Assembly: GCA_965197385.1 (NCBI GenBank)
Contig: CBDANA010000007.1
Span: 1,736-65,735, forward strand
DNA from: Vicinamibacterales bacterium
GTDB taxonomy: Bacteria > Acidobacteriota > Vicinamibacteria > Vicinamibacterales > UBA823
Direction: 5' to 3'
Length of the DNA: 64,000 bases
The notes under the pieces: model-generated
What the model was told of the DNA's origin: nothing
The model's database searches: none
Seen by the model: only the letters and a program-made list of their open reading frames with translations
Shown: one piece after another, positions 54,700-64,000 of the stretch
Layout of the letters: the number at the start of each line of letters is the position of its first letter
Numbering within the stretch: the first letter of the stretch is position 1
Translations under genes and position numbers: made by a program

Positions 54700-56232
54700 G
54701 CGCCTAACTACGGCTTCGCGATCGATCTCCGAAAATGCATCGGGTGCCACGCCTGCACCGTCGCGTGCAAAGCGGAGCACGATATTCCTATCGGCGTGAA
54801 CCGCTGCTGGGTCAAGACGGTCGAGAAGGGACAGTTCCCGGACACCTCACGGTTCTTCTTCCCCGTCCTGTGCAACCAGTGCGACGAGGCGCCGTGCGTG
54901 AGCATCTGCCCGACGAACGCGCTCTACAAGCGGCGCGACGGCATCGTCGATCTCGATGGTGACGCCTGCATTGGCTGCCGCGCCTGCCTGGTGGCCTGCC
55001 CGTACGATCAACTCTTCATCGATCCCGGGACCCACGCGGCGGAAAAGTGTAACTTCTGCGCGAACCGCGTCGAAAACGAGCTCCTGCCAGCCTGCGTGAG
55101 CGTCTGCCCGACCGAATGTCGGGTGTTCGGTGACCTCGACGATCCCAGTGATCCGATCAACGCGCTCATCCAGCAAGCCCCTACCTCGGTCCGCAAACCG
55201 GAGAAGGGCACGCGGCCCAAGGTCTTCTATATCGCGGCGGACGAGAGCGTGCTGCACCCCGAAGCGGCGACGCACCCGCTGACCTTCAAGGAAGGCCAGG
55301 TCACGCTGCGGCCGCTGGGAGCGCCACCGGAGGATCCCTCGACACCCGGTGCGGCGCGCGTCGATTACGACGTGCCGCACCAGCAAGCCTGGGGGCTGGA
55401 CATGGCCCTGTACCTGCTGACGAAGGGGATCGCCACCGGCGCCCTGTTCCTGGCAGCGCTGCTCTGGGGTCTCGGACACACTGACGGCGTGGCCACCGTG
55501 CTGGCACCAGCAGTCGCGTTGCTCTTCGTGACGATCACGGCCGGCATTCTCATCGTCGATCTGGAGCGCCCGGAGCGTTTCTACTACATCCTCATCAAGC
55601 CCAACTGGCGATCCTGGATGGTGTGGGGCGCCTACTTTCTGACGGCCCACGGCGCACTCGCCACGCTCTGGCTCATCCTCGGCCTGGCGGGCTGGACGGC
55701 GGCGCTCGATTGGTTGGTCGTGCCGACGCTCGTCATCTCACTCCTGGCCACCGGCTACACCGCCTTCCTCTTCGCGCAAGGTTTAGCGCGCGACCTGTGG
55801 CAGGGACCGCACTCGGTCATCGACCTGGCGGCGCAGGCCGCCGTCGAGGCGTCGGCTGCGTTACTCCTGGGGGCGACACTGCTGCCGATCGACGCGTCGG
55901 CCGCGACGGTGCGTTTCCTGGGCGGGACGCTGGCGGGCGCACTCGCCGTGCATCTCGTCTTGCTGCTGGTCGAGCAGGTCCTCATGCCCAGCCCCACCCG
56001 GCATCACGAGCTCGCGGTGCGCGCCATCTGCCGAGGGCCCTACGCGCCGATCTTCTGGGGCGGCGCCATCGGTAGCACGGTGGTGCCGCTGGCCCTGCTG
56101 GCAAGCCTTGGGGCGTGGAGCTCGCCACTGGGCGCTGCCGGCCTGGTGGTCGCGTCGGTCGTCGCCCTCGGCGGGGGCTTCGCATGGGAGTATGTCTGTG
56201 TGGACGCCGGGCAGTGTGTTCCCAACAGCTGA
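54700..56232 (+). CDS. 4Fe-4S dicluster / NrfD-type membrane anchor fusion (start codon reads GCG)
   Basis: CIGCHAC, CNQC..APC, CIGCRAC, KCNFC; DLERPERF and hydrophobic helices. Confidence 0.85.
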   Translation, partial: APNYGFAIDLRKCIGCHACTVACKAEHDIPIGVNRCWVKTVEKGQFPDTSRFFFPVLCNQCDEAPCVSICPTNALYKRRDGIVDLDGDACIGCRACLVACPYDQLFIDPGTHAAEKCNFCANRVENELLPACVSVCPTECRVFGDLDDPSDPINALIQQAPTSVRKPEKGTRPKVFYIAADESVLHPEAATHPLTFKEGQVTLRPLGAPPEDPSTPGAARVDYDVPHQQAWGLDMALYLLTKGIATGALFLAALLWGLGHTDGVATVLAPAVALLFVTITAGILIVDLERPERFYYILIKPNWRSWMVWGAYFLTAHGALATLWLILGLAGWTAALDWLVVPTLVISLLATGYTAFLFAQGLARDLWQGPHSVIDLAAQAAVEASAALLLGATLLPIDASAATVRFLGGTLAGALAVHLVLLLVEQVLMPSPTRHHELAVRAICRGPYAPIFWGGAIGSTVVPLALLASLGAWSSPLGAAGLVVASVVALGGGFAWEYVCVDAGQCVPNS

Positions 56233-56236
56233 CACC

Positions 56237-59056
56237 ATGGCTGACACAATGACTGATAAATCGGGCCCACCCAAACGCTTCCGCTCGCATCCGCACCCCA
56301 GCACGTGGGACGACTACGTCGATTTCGAGTCGACGAGCTGGCCGCGAAAGGAGCGGCGGCACTACTGGATCATCCCGAGCATCTGCTTCAACTGCGAGTC
56401 GGCCTGCGGCGTGCTCGCGTACGTCGACAAGGAGACGCTGGAGGTCCGCAAGATCGAGGGCAATCCGGTGCACCCCGGCAGTCGTGGACGCACGTGTGCG
56501 AAAGGGGTCGTGACCCCGGGGCAGCTCACCGATCCCGATCGGATTCTGCATCCGCTGAAGCGGACGGGCGCGCGGGGCGAAGGCGGCTGGGTGCAGGTGT
56601 CGTGGGGTGACGCCTTGGACGACATCGCCGGCCGCCTTCGGCGGGCCATCGTCGAGGGACGGCGCGCCGAGATCATGTACCACGTCGGCAGGCCTAGCGA
56701 GGACGGCTACGCGAATCGTGTCGTCCAAGCCTGGGGACTCGACGGGCACAACAGCCATACGAACGTCTGCTCGTCGTCCGCCAGGCTCGGACACTTCCTG
56801 TGGTGCGGCGACGACCGTCCGTCACCCGATTACGCCAACGCTCGGACCATCCTGCTCCTCTCGTCGCACCTCGAATCGGGCCACTACTTCAATCCGCACG
56901 CGCAACGGATCATCGAGGGCCAAGCGGCGGGCGCCACCGTGATCGTGGTCGACCCACGCCTCTCGAACAGTTCGGCTAAGGCGGATCTGTGGCTGCCAGC
57001 CTATTCAGGCACCGAGGGCGCGCTGCTGCTCGCCATCGTCCGTCATCTGCTTGACACGGGACGGTTCGATCGCGAGTTCATGCGCCGCTGGGTGGACTGG
57101 CGAGGCTATCTGGAGGCTGACCGCCCTGACCTGGAGTGCACGTTCGACAACTTCATCGTCGCCTTGAAGGAGCTCTACGACGAGTTCACGCCGGAGTATG
57201 CCGAGGGTGAAACGGGGGTATCGACCGCGCGGATCATCGACGCGGCCGACGCCGTGGCGCGAGCCGGAAACCGGCTGGCCACGCACAGCTGGCGCGCGGC
57301 CGCGTCCGGTAATCTCTGGGGATGGCAGATCACGCGCTGCCTGTACCTCCTGCTCGCCATGACCGGGTCGATCGGCTCGGTGGGCGGCGTCAACCCGCAC
57401 TCGGCGAACAAGTTTGTGCCGAACCACCCGAATCCGCCGCCGCCGCCGGATTACTGGAACGAGCTGCTCTTCCCCCACGAGTTTCCGCTGGCGTTTCACG
57501 AGCTCAGCTTCCTGCTGCCCCATTTCCCGAAAGAAGGACGCGGCAAGCTGGACGTGTACTTCACGCGGACCTACAACCCTGTGTGGACCAATCCGGACGG
57601 CTTCTCGTGGATGGAGGTGCTGCAGGGTCCGGAGCTGATCGGCTTACACGTGGCGCTGACCCCGACCTGGAGCGAGACCGCCTGGTTTGCCGACTACATC
57701 CTGCCGATGGGGCTCGGCACCGAGCGCCACGACACGATGAGCCAGGAGACCCACGCGGCGCGCTGGCTCGGCTTCCGTCAGCCGGTCACCCGGGTCGCGC
57801 GCGAGCGACGAGGCGATCCGGTCGAGGCGACCCACGAGGCCAATCCTGGCGAGGTCTGGGAAGAAAGCGAGTTCTGGATCGCCCTCAGCTGGCGCATGGA
57901 TCCGGACGGCGTCCTCGGCATCCGCCAGTACTTCGAGTCGCCCTACCGCGACGGTGAGCCGGTGACGGTGGACGAGTACTACAGTTGGATGTTCGAGCAT
58001 TCGGTGCCCGGCCTGCCGGAGGCGGCGGCGCGCGAGGGACTGACGCCGCTCGCATACATGCGGCGATACGGCGTGTTCAAGATCGAGGATGAGGTCTATG
58101 CGCAGCACCAACGGCCGCTGGACGACTCGGCGCTGGTGGCCGGAGAGCGGGACGACTCGCACGACCTCGTCATGAAGGACGGCCGGCCGATCGAGGTGAT
58201 CATCGACGGGACTGCGCGGGCCGGATTCAAGACGCCGTCACGCCGGCTGGAGTTCCGGTCGCAGACGCTCGCCGACTGGGGATGGCCCGAACATGCGGTG
58301 CCCCGCTACGTGCCGGGGCATGTGCACTGGCGCGACCTCGACCGAGCGGCCGGCGAGTTCGATCTCTTGCCCAACTTCCGGCTGCCGACGTTGGTCCATA
58401 CCCGCTCGGCGGTGAAGTGGCTCTACGAGATCTCGCACAACAACCCACTGTGGATCTCGACACCGGACGCCCGCGTGTACGGCCTTGCCACCGGCGATCT
58501 CGTCAAGGTACGGACACAGATTGGATACTTCGTCACGCGCGCCTGGGTCACCGAGGGTATCCGCCCGGGTATCCTCGGCATGTCACACCATCTCGGGCGG
58601 TGGCGGCTGCACGAGGAATCTGGCGGCTCGCGCTCGTCGTCGTCGCTCGTCCGGATCGCACGGGACGACGACGGGCGTTACGTAATGCGCCAGATCCATG
58701 GCGCGCAACCGTTTCAAAGTGACGATCCGGACAGCGAGCGGATCTGGTGGAGCGAGGTGGGTGTCCACCAGAACGTTACGTTCCCAGTGCAACCCGACCC
58801 GGTGAACGGCATGCACTGCTGGCATCAGCGCGTCCATCTCGAGAAGGCCGGCCCGGACGACCGGTACGGCGACGTCATGGTCGACACCGACAAGGCGCAC
58901 GAGGTGTACAAGGAATGGATGGCGAAGACCCGACCCGCGCCCGGCCCGGACGGCACGCGGCGCCCCGCCTGGTTCGACCGACCGCTTCGGCCGACGCCCG
59001 AGGCGTATCGGATCAACTCCCCCACGCTTTCGCCAACGTCGCCAGCGCGCCGATGA
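56237..59056 (+). CDS. Molybdopterin (DMSO reductase superfamily) oxidoreductase catalytic subunit
   Basis: CFNCESAC...CAKG, PDRILHPLKR, HTNVCSS; no Tat motif. Confidence 0.92.
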   Translation: MADTMTDKSGPPKRFRSHPHPSTWDDYVDFESTSWPRKERRHYWIIPSICFNCESACGVLAYVDKETLEVRKIEGNPVHPGSRGRTCAKGVVTPGQLTDPDRILHPLKRTGARGEGGWVQVSWGDALDDIAGRLRRAIVEGRRAEIMYHVGRPSEDGYANRVVQAWGLDGHNSHTNVCSSSARLGHFLWCGDDRPSPDYANARTILLLSSHLESGHYFNPHAQRIIEGQAAGATVIVVDPRLSNSSAKADLWLPAYSGTEGALLLAIVRHLLDTGRFDREFMRRWVDWRGYLEADRPDLECTFDNFIVALKELYDEFTPEYAEGETGVSTARIIDAADAVARAGNRLATHSWRAAASGNLWGWQITRCLYLLLAMTGSIGSVGGVNPHSANKFVPNHPNPPPPPDYWNELLFPHEFPLAFHELSFLLPHFPKEGRGKLDVYFTRTYNPVWTNPDGFSWMEVLQGPELIGLHVALTPTWSETAWFADYILPMGLGTERHDTMSQETHAARWLGFRQPVTRVARERRGDPVEATHEANPGEVWEESEFWIALSWRMDPDGVLGIRQYFESPYRDGEPVTVDEYYSWMFEHSVPGLPEAAAREGLTPLAYMRRYGVFKIEDEVYAQHQRPLDDSALVAGERDDSHDLVMKDGRPIEVIIDGTARAGFKTPSRRLEFRSQTLADWGWPEHAVPRYVPGHVHWRDLDRAAGEFDLLPNFRLPTLVHTRSAVKWLYEISHNNPLWISTPDARVYGLATGDLVKVRTQIGYFVTRAWVTEGIRPGILGMSHHLGRWRLHEESGGSRSSSSLVRIARDDDGRYVMRQIHGAQPFQSDDPDSERIWWSEVGVHQNVTFPVQPDPVNGMHCWHQRVHLEKAGPDDRYGDVMVDTDKAHEVYKEWMAKTRPAPGPDGTRRPAWFDRPLRPTPEAYRINSPTLSPTSPARR

Positions 59057-59792
59057 AGATGAGGCCGCCGACGGCGAACTTGAGTTGACGCTCCGGCATG
59101 AGCATCGTCGACTTGGCGCCCAGGATAGCACCCGCCGCCGACCCGACGATCAGTAATCCGAGCACGTTCCAGTCGATCCCGGCGTGCGCGAGGTGGGTGA
59201 GCCAGGCCGGCATTCCCATGATGATCGCGATGATGATGTTCGATCCCACGACCTCGCGTGTGTTCATGCGAAAGAGGTAGAGCATCGAGAGGATCACGAT
59301 GCTCCCGGCGCCGATCGAGGTCGCGCCGAGCAGGATGCCGATGAAGAACTGCAGGACGGCAATCACGGCGACGCTGCGGAAGCCAATGTCGAAAGGGGAG
59401 AACGGCCTCTGACGTCGGCCCGGCGCACGGTCGAGCGCTTCCCAGACAATCAGGCCCGCGACAAGCATCAGCACGCCGCTCATGATGAACGGAAGCGCGC
59501 GCTCGGTGGCGCCGGCGGCAAGGTAGACCAGTCGCGACCCCAGAATGGCGCCGGGCACGCCCAGACCGCCGTAGACCAAGGTGATCCGCCAGAGCACCGC
59601 CCCCTGCTTGATGTGCTGAACGGCGCTGACCGCCTTGGTGATGACGGCGTACACCAGCGAGACCGCGACGGCAGACTGATAGCTAAACCCCAGGACCGCA
59701 TACAGCGCTGGCGCGATCAGTGCGCCGCCACCGACTCCGGTCAGACCGATGAGGAAGCCGAGGACGAATCCAACGGCTATGGTGATCAGCAA
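59013..59792 (-). CDS. TauE/SafE sulfite exporter family
   Basis: GLTGVGGG and GATSIGAG repeats. Confidence 0.88.
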   Translation of the reverse strand: MLITIAVGFVLGFLIGLTGVGGGALIAPALYAVLGFSYQSAVAVSLVYAVITKAVSAVQHIKQGAVLWRITLVYGGLGVPGAILGSRLVYLAAGATERALPFIMSGVLMLVAGLIVWEALDRAPGRRQRPFSPFDIGFRSVAVIAVLQFFIGILLGATSIGAGSIVILSMLYLFRMNTREVVGSNIIIAIIMGMPAWLTHLAHAGIDWNVLGLLIVGSAAGAILGAKSTMLMPERQLKFAVGGLIFIGALATLAKAWGS

Positions 59793-59802
59793 GCGGCCCT
59801 TC

Positions 59803-60750
59803 TCACGCCGGCACACCTCCGGCATGCGGCGTGAGCACGGCGTAGAGTGCGGCGATGATCGGCGTCGGTACACCGACCGCCTGACCGCGGCGGACGACTG
59901 TGCCCTGCAGCGCCTCCACCTCGATCCGCTTACCTTGTGAGAGATCGATCAGCATCGAGGAACGGGTCGCGGCAGGCAGGGAATCCATGTACTCGCGGAT
60001 CTCTCGCGTCACCGTTTCGCTGACGGCCACACCCTCGGCGCGAGCGACCGCCTCGACCTCGTCCACCGCCGCCATGAAGCAATCCCGCGTCGCCGGATCG
60101 CGCCAGAGCCCGCCGATCGGCAGGCGGGCCGCCCCGGTGAACGCGGCGAACGGGCACAGGTAGATCAGCTTTTCCCACAGGCGAACCCGCGCGTCGGCTA
60201 CCGTCTCGATCTCGATATCGGCGGACTCCAGCACACGCCCAAGCGTCACCACGCGAGCAGAGACGCGCTCTCGATTCCCGAATACCTCGCCGAAGACGAT
60301 CTTGCAATGCGTGCCGGTCTGCTCGATGAGGCCGGGTTTCGACACGCCGGTGGCGATGTAGGTCGCACCGCCGAGCACCGCCCGCTCGCCGACGACCGCC
60401 GCGACGTCGTCGGCACTGTCGACACCGTTCTGCAATGTCAAGACAAGCGTCTGTTCGCCGACGAGCGGCAGCAGCATCGGCAAGGCCGACACGTTGTCGT
60501 ACGCCTTCACGGCGAAGAAGACGACGTCGACCCGGCCCACCGACGCGGGGTCATCGGTCGCTTCGGCGGCGACCGTGAAGTCGCCCAGCGGACTCCGAAT
60601 CTCGAGCCCACACTTGCGCATCCCCGCTAAGTGCGCACCGCGCGCGAGGAACGAGACGCGGCAACCTGCCCTGGCCAGCTTCGCGCCGTAGTAGCCGCCG
60701 ACGGCGCCGGATCCAAGGATGGCGAAGTGTGATGCGGTGGTGGCGTTCAT
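59803..60750 (-). CDS. panE: 2-dehydropantoate 2-reductase
   Basis: [24 protein letters not shown]...EVE. Confidence 0.92.
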   Translation of the reverse strand: MNATTASHFAILGSGAVGGYYGAKLARAGCRVSFLARGAHLAGMRKCGLEIRSPLGDFTVAAEATDDPASVGRVDVVFFAVKAYDNVSALPMLLPLVGEQTLVLTLQNGVDSADDVAAVVGERAVLGGATYIATGVSKPGLIEQTGTHCKIVFGEVFGNRERVSARVVTLGRVLESADIEIETVADARVRLWEKLIYLCPFAAFTGAARLPIGGLWRDPATRDCFMAAVDEVEAVARAEGVAVSETVTREIREYMDSLPAATRSSMLIDLSQGKRIEVEALQGTVVRRGQAVGVPTPIIAALYAVLTPHAGGVPA

Positions 60751-60864
60751 GGTCAGCGAGCGATCTTACCGCGGGCACTCGTATTACGAGGAGGGTTTCC
60801 CGCCCCGCCGCAGGAACGGAGTAGAATGCCGGCGCCGACCCACCGTCCCTGGAAAGATCGAGCG

Positions 60865-61539
60865 ATGACGCAGACGACCCAGACCTTCATTCCACTGAGT
60901 CAGTACCGCGAACTGCCCGAGGCCGACATGCGCCGTCGCGCTCAGGACTTCTACGAGGAGGTGAAGCGGCGCCGGACCGTACGCGACTTCTCCGACCGGC
61001 CGATTCCACGCGAGGTCGTCGAGCCGTGCCTGCGCGCCGCCGGCACTGCGCCGAGCGGTGCGAATCTGCAGCCCTGGCACTTCGTCGTGGTGTCAGATCC
61101 GGTCGCAAAATCGAAGATTCGAGAGGGCGCCGAGGAGGAGGAGCGCGCATTCTACGGCGGCCGTGCGCCGCAGGAATGGCTCGACGCGCTGGCCCCGCTG
61201 GGCACGAACGACCAGAAGCCGTTCCTGGAAACGGCGCCGATCCTGATCGCGATCTTCGGCGAGACCTTTGGCCTGCTGCCGGACGGTCGCAAGGTGAAGC
61301 ACTACTACGTGCAGGAGTCGGTCGGCATCGCGGCCGGCATGCTCATCACGGCGCTGCACCACGCCGGCCTGGTCTCGCTGACCCACACGCCGAGCCCGAT
61401 GGGGTTTCTGAACGAGATCCTCGGCCGCCCGTCGCACGAGCGGCCGTTCCTGCTGCTGGTCGTAGGTTACCCGGCCGATGGCGCCACCGTGCCGGCGATC
61501 ACGAAGAAGCCGCTCGAGGAATTCGTGAGCTTCGTGTGA
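60865..61539 (+). CDS. Iodotyrosine deiodinase-like nitroreductase
   Basis: [41 protein letters not shown]. Confidence 0.88.
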   Translation: MTQTTQTFIPLSQYRELPEADMRRRAQDFYEEVKRRRTVRDFSDRPIPREVVEPCLRAAGTAPSGANLQPWHFVVVSDPVAKSKIREGAEEEERAFYGGRAPQEWLDALAPLGTNDQKPFLETAPILIAIFGETFGLLPDGRKVKHYYVQESVGIAAGMLITALHHAGLVSLTHTPSPMGFLNEILGRPSHERPFLLLVVGYPADGATVPAITKKPLEEFVSFV

Positions 61540-61724
61540 GTGCTTAGCGCGACGAGCAGCGACGCCAGCCCGGCGACGGCAAACGCCACGACCGCCCAGG
61601 CGCCGATCTGCTCGGTTACCAGCGACGGCAGCAGGAAAATCCCGCTGCCGATCACCTGGTTGACGCCGATCGCCACCAGGTCCCATCTGCCGAGCGCGCG
61701 TCGGAGCGTGGCTGGAGCCGTCAT
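61540..61724 (-). pseudogene. APC amino-acid permease N-terminal fragment
   Basis: LRRALGRWDLVAIGVNQVIGSGIFLLP; truncated at the deiodinase stop. Confidence 0.8.
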
Positions 61725-62917
61725 GTCGTGTCCACGTCGCGGATTCGCGTCGTCTGGCGTCGTGGCGAGGCTGTATCATCACCGGGAATCGGCCCGCGGA
61801 CAAGCTGAGGGTCCCCGACGACTGACTGGTAGAGGGCGGGATCGGTCGCCCCCTCCGTGTTGACGATGAGGACGCGCGAGTCGGGCCCAAGGCCGGAGGC
61901 TCGTCGCACCGACGCCAGCGTCTCGTCACGCATGAGCGCGGCGAGTGCGGCCAGACCGCAGGCGCCTGAGGCGCCAGCCACAACGACCGGATCGCCGCCG
62001 GTCGGTCGCGCCAGGCGGCGCATCGCCCAGCCCGCACGTTCGTCGCTCACGGCGACCACGGCGTCGACGCCCCCGGCGAGCACCGGCCAGATGACCGGCG
62101 AGATTTCGGCGCACTTCAAGCAGGCCATCATCGTGTCGTGTTCGACGACCGTCGCCGGACGCCCACGACGGACAGACTCCAACAGGCAGGGTGCAGCCAT
62201 CGGCTCCGCAGCGATGAAGAAGGGACGCTCCGCGCCGTAGTGTTGGGCGAACCAACTCGCCCCGGCACACACGAGCCCGCCGACCCCCGCCTGGATGACG
62301 ACGGCGTCCGGCGTTGGCGACGGCAGCCATTGCTCGCGTGCCTCGCTCATCATCCGCGTGTAGCCTGCCATGATCCAGCGAGGAATCTCGTCGTATCCTG
62401 GCCAGGAGGTGTCGGACACGACCAACCACCCGTGTCGCTCGGCGTCCCGCACGACCTGCCGCATAGCGGCCTCGTAGCCAACGTCGGTCACCGTGACGTC
62501 GGCGCCTTCGGAGGCAATCGCGTCCACCCGGGCCCGGGCGGTGCCGGCCGGGAGAAAGATCCTGGCCGAGAACCCGAACTCCCGGGCGGCGCGGGCGACC
62601 GCCCGGCCATGATTGCCGGCCGACGCGCAGGCCACGACCGTCATGTCGGCGGACGGGCGAGTCTCCATGATGCGATGGACGGCGTAGAGCACGCCGAGAA
62701 TCTTGAAGGCGTTCAGGCCGAACCGGGTCGATTCGTCCTTAAGCAGGATCTCGCCGAGGCCGAGCTCCGAGGCCAGCCCAGACAGCCGGCAGAGCGGTGT
62801 GGACGCCAGCTCGGATCGCTCCCGGTAGAACGCCTCCACGCGGGTGAGCTCCGATTCGACGATGACCGGGTCGGCCGGAACGCGCCGCGGGTGCGGGCTG
62901 ATCCAGGCGGCGTCCAT
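61721..62917 (-). CDS. Diaminopropionate ammonia-lyase
   Basis: KDESTRFGLNAFKILG, GNHGRAVA, SDTSW.GY, QAGVGG, TEGATDP. Confidence 0.92.
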   Translation of the reverse strand: MDAAWISPHPRRVPADPVIVESELTRVEAFYRERSELASTPLCRLSGLASELGLGEILLKDESTRFGLNAFKILGVLYAVHRIMETRPSADMTVVACASAGNHGRAVARAAREFGFSARIFLPAGTARARVDAIASEGADVTVTDVGYEAAMRQVVRDAERHGWLVVSDTSWPGYDEIPRWIMAGYTRMMSEAREQWLPSPTPDAVVIQAGVGGLVCAGASWFAQHYGAERPFFIAAEPMAAPCLLESVRRGRPATVVEHDTMMACLKCAEISPVIWPVLAGGVDAVVAVSDERAGWAMRRLARPTGGDPVVVAGASGACGLAALAALMRDETLASVRRASGLGPDSRVLIVNTEGATDPALYQSVVGDPQLVRGPIPGDDTASPRRQTTRIRDVDTT

Positions 62918-62941
62918 GGCGCTGGGAGCGATGGCTAGCTC

Positions 62942-64000
62942 CTAGGGCAGCGGATACTCGAGCGGCTCGCCGGCGATCGCTTGACCTGGCTGGAGCCGCT
63001 CGTTGCCCCGGGTGACGACCTTGGCGCCAGCCTCGACGGGTCCTTCGACGGCGATCCAGGCGCCGGCGCCCGGACCGACCTGGACCTGAAGAATCGCCGC
63101 CGTGCCATCGTCGTCGATCACGTAGACGAACCGCTGGGGTCCCTGGAGCACCAGCGCATCCTTCGGAACGATGGTCGCCTCGTAGCTCTCGCCGATCGAA
63201 AAGGCCACCTGAGTCAGCATACCGACGCCGATCTGGCCGTCAGGGTTCTTGATCCGGACTTTCACGGGGAACGTCCGGGCCTGCGTGCTGGCTCGGGGGA
63301 TGATGGCGATCACCTGGCCGTCGACCGACAGGCCGTCGACCGACTCCACATCGACCGTCGCCATCGACCCGCGCCGGATGGTGCTGAAGTACCGTGACGG
63401 GACTTCGACGACGACCTCCAGCCGGCTCAGCGCGTGCAACTCCACGACCGGGCCGCCGATCACCAGCCACTGTCCCACCTCGGTCTGCTGGGCCATGACC
63501 ACACCGTCGAACGGCGCACGAATCGTCGAGCGCTCAAAATCGTCCCGCAGTCGCTCCATGTCGGCACGGAGCTGACCCACCCCTCCCACGCGCGCGTTGT
63601 ACTCGAATTCGGCGCTGTCCAGCTGCTGCTGGCTGAACAGCTCCTCGGCAAACAGATCGCGCGCCCTTTGCAGATCGCGCTCGGCCAGCTGCTCTCTGGC
63701 CTCGGCCTCGTGCAGCTCCGACTCGATGGCCTTCAAGCGCAGCTCGAGGTTAGTGCTCCGGAGACGAGCGATGACGTCACCGCGCTGAACGGCCATGCCT
63801 TCGCGCGCCGGCAGCTCGGTCACGAGGCCGGCAACTTCACTGGCGACGATGCTCTCCGCCGCCGATTCGACGGTGCCGGGTAGTCGCACGGTGCGCCGCA
63901 GCATGTGCTGCCGCGCCACGGTGTAGCGAACGGGACTGGGGCCAGAGCCAAACTGCGCCTCCGCCACCACCGGCAGCCAGGCGCACACGGCGACGAGGAC
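62942..64000 (-). CDS. RND efflux periplasmic adaptor (5' end at or beyond the window edge)
   Basis: IRAPFDGVV, RTFPVKV, VPKDALV. Confidence 0.9.
   Translation of the reverse strand, partial: VLVAVCAWLPVVAEAQFGSGPSPVRYTVARQHMLRRTVRLPGTVESAAESIVASEVAGLVTELPAREGMAVQRGDVIARLRSTNLELRLKAIESELHEAEAREQLAERDLQRARDLFAEELFSQQQLDSAEFEYNARVGGVGQLRADMERLRDDFERSTIRAPFDGVVMAQQTEVGQWLVIGGPVVELHALSRLEVVVEVPSRYFSTIRRGSMATVDVESVDGLSVDGQVIAIIPRASTQARTFPVKVRIKNPDGQIGVGMLTQVAFSIGESYEATIVPKDALVLQGPQRFVYVIDDDGTAAILQVQVGPGAGAWIAVEGPVEAGAKVVTRGNERLQPGQAIAGEPLEYPLP

Overview
High-GC bacterial window. Gene content and repeats resemble Acidobacteriota/Vicinamibacteria (inference). Positions ~1-20 kb are a decaying accessory region: amtB, a broken porin, dppA, a sugar isomerase, a broken glycosyltransferase, MscS, a Tat-exported SelA-like PLP enzyme, integrase/Sel1/DUF3883/HsdR/kinase scraps, and stacked IS3, IS110, IS256 (x2), IS1380 and IS5. 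Positions ~20-64 kb are mostly housekeeping: thyX, def, thiI, pduO, mutY/mutT, ygfZ, pntAA/AB/B, a 2-oxoacid dehydrogenase with lipB, HU, queF, an M14 peptidase, a molybdopterin oxidoreductase module with TauE, panE, an iodotyrosine deiodinase-like gene, diaminopropionate ammonia-lyase and an RND adaptor. An IS630+IS5 stack and a CTAG-targeting MITE family are interspersed. Top observations: (1) an IS110 element inside an IS3 transposase, whose 3' non-coding end contains readable bridge-RNA-like guides matching both its target (the IS3 S-D-N-G catalytic codons) and its own circle junction; (2) a 76-aa glutaredoxin-like gene with two in-frame UGA codons (UXX-star-type selenoprotein) missed by the ORF track; (3) dppA flanked by an exact 14-bp direct repeat, lying between two consecutive pieces of a kinase N-terminus. 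Several frameshifts fall in homopolymers and may be sequencing errors. No database searches were run.
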